Shown here: positions 44,185-51,157 of the stretch, piece by piece
Position numbering within the stretch: position 1 is the first letter of the stretch
Layout of the letters: the number at the start of each line of letters is the position of its first letter
Assembly: GCA_049966395.1 (NCBI GenBank)
Contig: JBMFUT010000003.1
Coordinates: 1-51,157 of the forward strand
From: Candidatus Micrarchaeia archaeon
GTDB lineage: Archaea > Micrarchaeota > Micrarchaeia > Micrarchaeales > CABMGC01
DNA: 51,157 nt
Reading direction: 5' to 3'
The notes under the pieces: model-generated
Told to the model about the DNA's origin: nothing
The model's database searches: none
What the model saw: only the letters and a program-made list of their open reading frames with translations
Made by a program: the position numbers and the translations under genes

Positions 44185-44976
44185 TTATCTTCTCCTCGTT
44201 GCTTTGTCTATTTCGGCCTTGAGCTTGTCTGCTATGAACCTTTTGGAAAACGCGTCGGCTTTTGATGCTATGCTAAGCTTTGTGGCATATACCCTTGCGA
44301 GCTTTCCGCGCTCGTCGCGCCTCGTGCTTGACATCTGGTTTATTTTGTAGAGCAGCCCGTACTTCGGGGGCTTGCTCCCAAACTTTATGTGCCTGAAAAG
44401 CGCCTTTTCTGCACCTAGAAGCTGTATTGTGCTGGCAGGCATCATTGCAAGCTTGGTCAAAGAGCCAGCCCTGCTGAGCATTTCTGCTGCTATCTTGTAG
44501 TCTATAAGGTAGACCATATTAGGCATGAGCCTCTTGGTGCTCTCCTTGAGGTAGCTGTTGAGCTCTTCCTCCATTGATATCACGTAGAGCAGGGTTTCCG
44601 CCAGCCTGCTCATCGCTCCGTATTCCTCCTTTGTCGGCTCCCTGCCTATGCTGCTATCTATCCTTCTTTTTATGCCTTCGGCGCTGCCTCCAAAGGCCTC
44701 CCTAAGGTCTGAAATCTCTGCCGCTTTCTTGTTTGCGCCGAATCTCAGCACAAATTTTGCATACGCCGCCTGGCTGCCAACACTTAGCTCTGGAAAATAC
44801 ATGCTGTACCATTCTTCAAGTCTTTCGTAGATTATGCCTCTCATCTTCTCGAACTCGTTATAGGCATTTATTGCCTGCATCACGGAGTGTTCTTCTCCGG
44901 CGTAGGCCTTGCTCACGCTATCCTTGGCTGCCTGAAAAAGCCTTCTTCTTCTCTCCTCTGGGGTTTCGCGCTTCAA
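44185..44976 (-). CDS. nop5: Nop5/Nop56/58-family protein (NOSIC plus Nop domain only)
   Basis: RLEEWYSMYFPEL (NOSIC), then AGSLTKLAMMPASTIQLLGAEKALFRHIKFGSKPPKYGLLY and RGKLARVYATKLSIASKADAF. Only 263 aa. Confidence 0.85.
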   Translation of the reverse strand: MKRETPEERRRRLFQAAKDSVSKAYAGEEHSVMQAINAYNEFEKMRGIIYERLEEWYSMYFPELSVGSQAAYAKFVLRFGANKKAAEISDLREAFGGSAEGIKRRIDSSIGREPTKEEYGAMSRLAETLLYVISMEEELNSYLKESTKRLMPNMVYLIDYKIAAEMLSRAGSLTKLAMMPASTIQLLGAEKALFRHIKFGSKPPKYGLLYKINQMSSTRRDERGKLARVYATKLSIASKADAFSKRFIADKLKAEIDKATRRR

Positions 44977-45113
44977 TAAAACACCGTTTGATATTTACTG
45001 CACATTCATACTATTGGCAGTCAACATTTTTATTACTGTGTTGCGGATAAGAGAGCAAGATTATCTGTGCTTTCCAGGCAAACTGCTGCAAATTTGCATA
45101 TTAGGCGCGTATC

Positions 45114-45980
45114 GTGATAAAACTCGGATTCCATGTATCGATTTCTGGAGGCATCTGGAATGCTCCGGAATATGCGCGAAAGAACGGTTACGGCGCCTTC
45201 CAGATATTCCCAGGAAACTCTAGGTCGTGGAAGAGCCCTGCGATACCAAATGAAGACGCTAAAAGATTCAAGGGAATAGTAAAGGAATCCTCTCTCGACC
45301 CCTTCGCGCACATCCCTTACTTGTGCAATCCAGCCTCGCCTGACACAATTGTGCTGTCAAAAAGCGTTGAAATGATAAAAGAGAGCATGACGAGATGCAG
45401 CATTCTCGGGATCAAATACCTCGTGCTGCACATGGGCTCGCACAAGGGCATCGGCGCCGCCAAAGGCGTCGAGAATGTCGTGAAATCTCTCACAGGGGCG
45501 TTGGACAGCGTGAAAGGCGTGGACTTGCTTCTAGAGAACAGCGCTGGCTACGCCAACAGCATTGGCTCTAATTTCGAGGAGATAGGAAGGATAATAGACG
45601 AGGTAGGAAGCAGGAGATTAGGCATGTGCCTTGATACGTGCCACGCATTCGCGGCAGGGTACGACATCAGGGACCCCAAGGCAATAGGCGTTATGGAGGA
45701 GGAAATAAAATCAAATATAGGGGAAAAAAGGCTTAGGCTCACGCATCTTAACGACGCGAGGTACGGCCTTGGGAGCGGCCTTGACAGGCATTGGCACATA
45801 GGCAAAGGCGAGATAGGAAAGAAGGGTTTTGTAAACCTTTTCAGGAACAGCTTTTTCGGTGACGGACCTTTCATTATGGAAACTCCGGTAAACAGCCAAG
45901 GAAACGACAGTACAAACATGGCGGCAGCACTAGAAATAATAGCCGAGGCAAAAGGGCAGCCTGAAAGCTCGGCGTTTTAG
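45114..45980 (+). CDS. nfo: Endonuclease IV (AP endonuclease)
   Basis: Motifs HIPYLCNPASPD, LVLHMGSH, LLENSAG, CLDTCHAFAAGYD, HLNDA, DRHWHIGKGEIG and IMETP. GTG start. Confidence 0.9.
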   Translation: MIKLGFHVSISGGIWNAPEYARKNGYGAFQIFPGNSRSWKSPAIPNEDAKRFKGIVKESSLDPFAHIPYLCNPASPDTIVLSKSVEMIKESMTRCSILGIKYLVLHMGSHKGIGAAKGVENVVKSLTGALDSVKGVDLLLENSAGYANSIGSNFEEIGRIIDEVGSRRLGMCLDTCHAFAAGYDIRDPKAIGVMEEEIKSNIGEKRLRLTHLNDARYGLGSGLDRHWHIGKGEIGKKGFVNLFRNSFFGDGPFIMETPVNSQGNDSTNMAAALEIIAEAKGQPESSAF

Positions 45981-45981
45981 A

Positions 45982-46470
45982 TCATATTTCCTTTATCTGA
46001 CCCAGCCCGACCTGCGGAGCAAGCTCGTTGTAGACTTTGACGGCTTCCCTCGCGACTTCGACATCTGGATCAACGTCTAGCGACATCACTGTGTTGAGCA
46101 GCCTTTCCATTGTCACATCCTTCTCGGCAGAGACAAGAAAAACTATAGATAGAACATAGACAAGGTGGTTCTTGTACTTCAGCATTCCTATACCTGTGAG
46201 TATTATCCTGTTTATCTCAACGTCAGCGCCGACGAACATGCGCTCTATGTTATTTTTGGTTATGTCCTTTCCAGACAGGTCAAGTATCCCGGCGGCGACG
46301 AAGTAAGGAAGAAGCTTGTTTGCGAGCTGCATTGGTACTAGCTTGTTTATTGTTGAAAGCCCCCTTTCCATTTCCTTGTTGAGCAGGTAGGATGAAGCCA
46401 GCGATGCAAGCTTCAGGGACTTCTCTAGAAAACCCTGCAATGTTTCGTTCCCTTCTTCCATTTTAATCAC
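45982..46470 (-). CDS. Protein with two tandem ribosomal stalk P1/P2 N-terminal-domain-like repeats; last gene of the KaiC-like operon
   Basis: YFVAAGILDLSGKDITKNNIERMFVGADVEINRII and LVYVLSIVFLVSAEKDVTMERLLNTVMSLDVDPDVEVAREAV both resemble archaeal P1 ([30 protein letters not shown]...). There is no acidic tail. Confidence 0.5.
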   Translation of the reverse strand: MIKMEEGNETLQGFLEKSLKLASLASSYLLNKEMERGLSTINKLVPMQLANKLLPYFVAAGILDLSGKDITKNNIERMFVGADVEINRIILTGIGMLKYKNHLVYVLSIVFLVSAEKDVTMERLLNTVMSLDVDPDVEVAREAVKVYNELAPQVGLGQIKEI

Positions 46471-46479
46471 GCCTTGAGT

Positions 46480-47205
46480 CTAGTCAGCGAGCACATCGAA
46501 ACCGCTAGAAGTTATCTGGTAAGGAACACCAGAAAGCCTGTGCGCAGAATTCCTGAGTTTGGATATTTCTAGGGTGTACTGCGCCGAACCCCCAAGCTGG
46601 TTAACTGAAAGCTTGAAAAGGCCGTCAAACATAGAAGTCCCAAAAAGGCCGGATTCGTTTACTAATATTTTTTCAGGCCCGACTTCGGCTGTAATGAAAG
46701 ATGTTATTTCTTCCTCCCTGAAAGCTTCAGTCATGTATGTTGCCGATCTCGTGAACATCCTGTCGTCCTCCATTACAGGCCTTATGCTGCTTATAGAATC
46801 GAATATTAACAGCTTTGACTTGTTTTTGGCAAGGGCACCTATGACGTCGTCAGCTATGAACTTTTGGAAATTTTCTCTTGCCTTGAAGCCGTCCAGAACC
46901 GGCAGATGTATAATTTGTATAAGACCCCTGTCTATAAAGTCCTGGAAATCTTCAAACGCATAAAAGGCGTTTTCGGCATTTTCGAGTATGGATTCTCTAA
47001 GCTCTTCTGTAGTTATAAACGTGCTTGGTATCTCAAGCTTCGCGTTGTGGTAAGCTATTTCTATGCTCATTAGAGTCTTGCCTGTGCCTGGGCCTCCAAG
47101 TACAAGCACTTGCGAACCTGAAGGTATTCCTCCCGCAATCATCTTGTCGAGCCCTGCGATCCCGGTTTTTATCCTCTTAACGACTCCGCTCTCCATTATA
47201 CACAC
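46480..47205 (-). CDS. Single-domain KaiC/RecA-superfamily ATPase (KaiC-like or ArlH-like)
   Basis: KRIKTGIAGLDKMIAGGIPSGSQVLVLGGPGTGKTLMS and Walker B LLIFDSIS. GTG 47205 abuts the upstream stop; ATG 47196 is an alternative. Confidence 0.85.
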   Translation of the reverse strand: MCIMESGVVKRIKTGIAGLDKMIAGGIPSGSQVLVLGGPGTGKTLMSIEIAYHNAKLEIPSTFITTEELRESILENAENAFYAFEDFQDFIDRGLIQIIHLPVLDGFKARENFQKFIADDVIGALAKNKSKLLIFDSISSIRPVMEDDRMFTRSATYMTEAFREEEITSFITAEVGPEKILVNESGLFGTSMFDGLFKLSVNQLGGSAQYTLEISKLRNSAHRLSGVPYQITSSGFDVLAD

Positions 47206-47895
47206 CTATATTTCTCCTGGCACTTTTATCACAACGATGCCGTCTGGGGTGAATTCATAAGGCACTATGTTGAAGCTGTGTCCAGAACCGCGCATCTTTA
47301 TTACTTCCATTGACAGCGTCCTATTGCTGCCTTCTCCTGCGAGATATAGTGCTATTATGCCGTCATATATGAAGAACTCTGGCTGGAAGATAAGTCTCTC
47401 CTTTTCCGGCGTTTCAAGTTCCACCGTAAGCAGCGAAGTCACGTGCGCTTTCCTGAGGATTCTTACAAGTTCAAGAGAAGTATCTCTGTATTCGAAAGGA
47501 TCCTTCAGGAGCAGCTTTATCGCTGACATTGAGTCTATTACCACCCTTGTAGCCCCGTACTCAGAAATAACAGATTCTATGTTTGCTATCCAATTCCCAA
47601 AAGCGTAAGTGTCTTTGTCTACATCCTTTGCCATATAGGTCTTGCCAATGTCGTTGCCGTATATCGTAAGCTTTTTGTCAGCTATTAGATCGTCTATCTT
47701 TTTGAAATTGGGAAAAGCAGACTTGACATTTTCCAGTATCATTTCGGTATCTTCCTCAAGGGAAAATAGGACACCTGTTTCTCCTGCAAGCGCGTTATTG
47801 TAAAGAAATTCCACGCTCATGAGGGTCTTGCCAGTGCCAGGGCCGCCTGCTATTATAACTTGGTTGCCCTCTGGTATGCCGCCGCCCATCATCAA
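47206..47895 (-). CDS. Single-domain KaiC/RecA-superfamily ATPase (KaiC-like or ArlH-like)
   Basis: GGGIPEGNQVIIAGGPGTGKTLMS and Walker B RVVIDSMS. The annotated start is TTG; see the finding on the in-frame upstream motif. Confidence 0.85.
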   Translation of the reverse strand: MMMGGGIPEGNQVIIAGGPGTGKTLMSVEFLYNNALAGETGVLFSLEEDTEMILENVKSAFPNFKKIDDLIADKKLTIYGNDIGKTYMAKDVDKDTYAFGNWIANIESVISEYGATRVVIDSMSAIKLLLKDPFEYRDTSLELVRILRKAHVTSLLTVELETPEKERLIFQPEFFIYDGIIALYLAGEGSNRTLSMEVIKMRGSGHSFNIVPYEFTPDGIVVIKVPGEI

Positions 47896-48052
47896 GTCCA
47901 GATTCTTTATTCCAGTCTGAATTCGCGGTCTCGTTTAAATCACTCTGTATTTGGGTAAGCGCACGCTGCGCATTTGCACCTGTTATACATATCACTTATC
48001 TGTTTTTATAGTTTTTGCAACTCGTCCTTGCAGATGAATTTTTCAAAGCCAG

Positions 48053-48904
48053 TTAAATCAGTGCCAGCAGCAAATATCCAATTGTCGCTATTGCAAAGCC
48101 TACTTTCTGCAATTTTGTTATCTTCTCCTTGTACAATGCATAACCGACAAACCATATTATTACTGGCTCCAGCGATAGCACCGCGCTCCCAACAGCAACC
48201 TTGTTGCTGAAAGAGACAAACGAAAACAGCGTGTTTCCTATTCCGTCAAAAATTCCCGCGAGCAGCGCCAGCGAGATAATTGAAATGCCTAAATGCGCAG
48301 CTGTGCCTTTTGGAATTTTTGCCGACTTGTAGTACAAGTATGCGAATATCGCTCCAAAAATCCTGACTAGAAGAAGAGGCAAAATAAAATTCCTGTAGTG
48401 CAGCACGGCTATGATAACTATAATCCAATATACAGTCCACATCACGTTGCCCATGAATGCTGGAATAAGCTTCTTGTTAAGTTTCAGCTTTTCGTTTACT
48501 ATTATCATTACTATGCCCGTGAATATCACAAGCATGCTGGCGAGTTGCAGCGCGTTTAGGTGCTCGCCGAGAGCAAGTATGCCGAAAAGTATCAGGAGCG
48601 GAGGTTGTATCTCTACCAGTATGTAGGAATTTGAAACCCCTTCATCCGGAACAGACTTGTATACGAATATGAATCCAAGGAATAATACCGCACCACCTGC
48701 GATGCCAGACAAAACAAGCAATGGCAGGCTTCCTAGCGAGAATCCCGCATATGGAACTAGGAGAAGCATTGGTATAACTCCTGCCGCGAGCACAATCGCA
48801 GAAGATAGCTCTTTACCGAGCTTTGCAGTGTAGAATTTAGAAAAAGAATCAACTAGCAACCAAGAAAGGACGGCTGCAAGAGCTATGATTACCGTTTCGT
48901 ACAT
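48053..48904 (-). CDS. EamA/DMT-family transporter
   Basis: 283 aa with 10 predicted TM helices in two similar halves. Confidence 0.8.
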   Translation of the reverse strand: MYETVIIALAAVLSWLLVDSFSKFYTAKLGKELSSAIVLAAGVIPMLLLVPYAGFSLGSLPLLVLSGIAGGAVLFLGFIFVYKSVPDEGVSNSYILVEIQPPLLILFGILALGEHLNALQLASMLVIFTGIVMIIVNEKLKLNKKLIPAFMGNVMWTVYWIIVIIAVLHYRNFILPLLLVRIFGAIFAYLYYKSAKIPKGTAAHLGISIISLALLAGIFDGIGNTLFSFVSFSNKVAVGSAVLSLEPVIIWFVGYALYKEKITKLQKVGFAIATIGYLLLALI

Positions 48905-48991
48905 ACTGCCTATTTTGCTTGCTGTATTTTATATATCTTTACTGCCGCAATTTGCCTCTGCTTCTTGATAAAACTTCTTTTTAAGAAGTTT

Positions 48992-49063
48992 TGGACTCGG
49001 CGGGAATCGCACCCGCGACCTTCCGCTTGCGAAGCGGACGCTCTGCTACTGAGCCACGAGCCC
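48992..49063 (-). tRNA. tRNA-Ala (anticodon CGC)
   Basis: Acceptor stem GGGCTCG/CGAGTCC with the G3:U70 identity pair, anticodon stem UCCGC/GCGGA with loop UUCGCAA, and discriminator A. No encoded CCA. Confidence 0.9.
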
Positions 49064-49074
49064 TTGCATGTTTG

Positions 49075-49101
49075 TTATTTAAATCTACTTTTTTATATTA
49101 A
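49075..49101. promoter_or_regulatory. Back-to-back divergent TATA-like boxes (tRNA-Ala and cca)
   Basis: TTATTTAAAT (49075-49084) lies about 31 nt upstream of cca ATG 49111. TTTTTTATATTAA (49089-49101, read on the minus strand) lies about 32 nt upstream of the tRNA-Ala 5' end. Confidence 0.45.
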
Positions 49102-49110
49102 TATGTTTGC

Positions 49111-50478
49111 ATGGACCGAATAGACAGCATATTTGAAAGAGTTCTCAAAGACATAAAGCCAGATAAATTGGAAAGGGACGCACTTGTAGCTCATACAAAC
49201 GAACTTGTAAGCAGGCTCAAGAATGCCGTCCCGAAGGATGTGGAAATTGTTGTGGTAGGGTCGATAGCGCACGACACAAACCTCAAGGGCGATTCTGATG
49301 TCGACATATTTCTGCTTTTCAATAGCGGGCAGAGCAAAGCAGAGATAGCAAGGCGCGGCATGGCATATGCTAAGAGAATAGTTAACAAAAAGCACAACGA
49401 GAGATATGAAGTAAAGTATGCAGAGCATCCGTATGTCCGCGTTTATCTTGACAATTATGATATCAAAGCAGATATTGTACCTGCCATGAAGATAAGCAGC
49501 ATAGACGAGATGGTCACCTCTGTTGACAGGAGCCCGCTGCACGTAGAATTCATAAATTCAAAATTGACTTCAAAGCAAAAAGACGACGTTCGCCTCTTGA
49601 AATACCTGCTCAAAGCGCATGACATATATGGCGCCGAAATAAAGATAAAGGGCTTTTCAGGATACCTATGCGAGCTTCTTGTATACAGCTTCGGGTCGCT
49701 CAAGAAGCTCCTCGAAGCGGCAACTGCATTCAAATTACCGCTTTACATAAATCCGGCAAATCCAAAAGAGAAAGCAAACGACGAAATAGTAAAAAAATTC
49801 AATTCCAGTTTCATTGTCATAGACCCGGTGGATCCTGACAGGAACGTTGCGGCTGGCGTGTCGATTGAATCGCTTTCGAAGTTCGTGCTATTGGCAAGGA
49901 CATTCATAAAGGAACCGTCGATAGAAGCTTTCTACGGCCGAAGCATCGATGCCGCCAGGGCGCGAACGGTTCTTGACAAGTTTGTAAATGATTCCGGATT
50001 GGGTTTATACCTTATAACAATGCCGCTTCCTGATAAGAGCGAAGACATACTGTGGCCTCAGCTTAGGAAAGTATCATTGGAGATTTCTAATTATGCTGCA
50101 AAGTTCGGTTTTGAAGTTTACGTTTCTTCGGAATGGATAGCCAAAAATCGCGGATTCATGATGTTTGCAGCTCCACGCCACCGCTTGAAAAGCAGGCTCG
50201 TAAAAGGGCCGGAAGTTCTGCGCGGCAACTTCACAGACAGTTTTATCGCATCACACAAAAACGCACTCGGAATAATCCTACGCGGCGCTCAGGTATATGC
50301 GCTAGAGAAAAACAGCTACAGTAGCGTAGACGAAATATTCAGGGCGGCAGCAAACGGCAAAATTATAAAAAGGCATAAGGACATCAACATGGGCAAGGCA
50401 AAGCTGTTCATTGACAGAATGCCGAAAGAATACGCAGAATCGGTGCTAGCTCAGCTGATGGAAAAGACTAGTATATAG
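49111..50478 (+). CDS. cca: CCA-adding tRNA nucleotidyltransferase (archaeal class I)
   Basis: VVVGSIAHDTNLKGDSDVDIFLLF catalytic motif, then RSPLHVEF and GFSGYLCELL. 455 aa. Confidence 0.9.
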   Translation: MDRIDSIFERVLKDIKPDKLERDALVAHTNELVSRLKNAVPKDVEIVVVGSIAHDTNLKGDSDVDIFLLFNSGQSKAEIARRGMAYAKRIVNKKHNERYEVKYAEHPYVRVYLDNYDIKADIVPAMKISSIDEMVTSVDRSPLHVEFINSKLTSKQKDDVRLLKYLLKAHDIYGAEIKIKGFSGYLCELLVYSFGSLKKLLEAATAFKLPLYINPANPKEKANDEIVKKFNSSFIVIDPVDPDRNVAAGVSIESLSKFVLLARTFIKEPSIEAFYGRSIDAARARTVLDKFVNDSGLGLYLITMPLPDKSEDILWPQLRKVSLEISNYAAKFGFEVYVSSEWIAKNRGFMMFAAPRHRLKSRLVKGPEVLRGNFTDSFIASHKNALGIILRGAQVYALEKNSYSSVDEIFRAAANGKIIKRHKDINMGKAKLFIDRMPKEYAESVLAQLMEKTSI

Positions 50479-51039
50479 TCATAGAGCGTATCTCTTGTCC
50501 GACTTTATTATACCAAGAAGCTCGCCAAGAAGCTGTATGCCGGCGCCGCCTGAAATGCGCTTCCCCTCTGCTATCGCTTTTAGTTTGCGCATGAGATCCC
50601 GGTCGCCAGACATGAACTCGTAAACCTTCCTGTAGTTTCTCATTGCATTTACCCCGCAATAATCTATTGCCTCATCGACTATGTTATCACGTATCTTGGC
50701 CACATGATAGCCGCGTCGCGAGAGCCTGGATTTCAGCGTCAACAAATGCTCCCTGAGCACTACAGCCACAGCCCCTGGAATTTTCATGTCAGAAAGCAGG
50801 TGGCCCTCTATTATTAGTGTTTGACCATTGAAATTAGCAATTTCTTTCCTTATTGCAGAAGAGAGACCGCGCATGTCGGCTACCTTTGCGCCGTCGTAGT
50901 CGATTCCCTTGTAAAGAGATTTCTCGTTTATCAGCTTGCTTGCCGATATGAGCTTTGCATTCTTAAGCTCGGTTTGCAGCTTTTTCGCAACTGTAGTCTT
51001 GCCAGTCCCTGGCGTTCCTGTGATAACTATAATTTTCAT
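50479..51039 (-). CDS. Adenylate kinase-like P-loop NTPase (AK6/Fap7-like)
   Basis: MKIIVITGTPGTGKTTVAKKL at the N-terminus, ~186 aa. ATG 51039 is preferred over the ORF-track start 51087. Confidence 0.7.
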   Translation of the reverse strand: MKIIVITGTPGTGKTTVAKKLQTELKNAKLISASKLINEKSLYKGIDYDGAKVADMRGLSSAIRKEIANFNGQTLIIEGHLLSDMKIPGAVAVVLREHLLTLKSRLSRRGYHVAKIRDNIVDEAIDYCGVNAMRNYRKVYEFMSGDRDLMRKLKAIAEGKRISGGAGIQLLGELLGIIKSDKRYAL

Positions 51040-51157
51040 GTGACATCCACCCACCCGTAAACGGTGTGGGCTCCCTTTTGCATTCATGCAACCACTGCAT
51101 CCTGCAAAGGATGTGTTTTATCGGTTCTCAGTTCAGCGAGAACTGCCTCCTGTTGAG

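Noticed and set aside
46480-47895. The two KaiC-like genes considered as one split (pseudogenised) two-domain KaiC.
   Set aside because: Each ORF has its own complete N-terminal motif region, Walker A and Walker B. Each also has the size of a stand-alone single-domain family member. The stop and start abut cleanly (TAG then GTG/ATG) with no sign of a frameshift.

Overview
This is a gene-dense 51-kb archaeal chromosome segment with about 47 supportable CDSs and 4 tRNA genes, none of which encodes CCA. I found no rRNA, CRISPR array, transposase or integrase. The archaeal assignment rests on Trm1, a Nop5-type Nop domain, a class I CCA-adding enzyme, SMC, a FlaI/TadA-type ATPase, class III (prepilin-like) signal peptides, AT-rich TATA-like boxes about 25-35 nt upstream of starts, and many apparently leaderless genes. 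Secreted proteins are visibly poor in charged residues and rich in N/S/T/G/Y with many N-x-S/T sequons. Together with reduced housekeeping proteins, this suggests a small-genome, possibly acidophilic (DPANN/Micrarchaeota- or Thermoplasmata-like) archaeon; that is inference, not proven. Housekeeping genes make up most of the window. The main accessory content is: (i) a Tad/Epd-like type IV pilus assembly operon at 50-5423 (wHTH/coiled-coil protein, secretion ATPase, and two separate T2SSF platform proteins), with no pilin or prepilin peptidase nearby. (ii) A translationally coupled five-gene operon at 27774-36972 (minus strand) whose products all begin with pilin-like N-terminal helices. Three are giant modular proteins (873, 726 and 1131 aa) carrying 2, 1 and 4 LamG/concanavalin-like modules plus a PQQ-like beta-propeller. 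I consider this the most interesting candidate system: a modular adhesive or host-contact pilus tip set. (iii) A 4xCBS protein with a C-terminal HPF/RaiA-like domain that overlaps the start of that operon. (iv) An archaeosortase-like protein followed by a Nudix-UDG fusion. (v) A PadR/ABC-2/surface-protein operon. (vi) A DsrE-TusA-SQR sulfur module. (vii) Two single-domain KaiC-like ATPases followed by a tandem ribosomal-P1-NTD-like protein. All family assignments come from motifs read by eye in the supplied translations. No database search was run.
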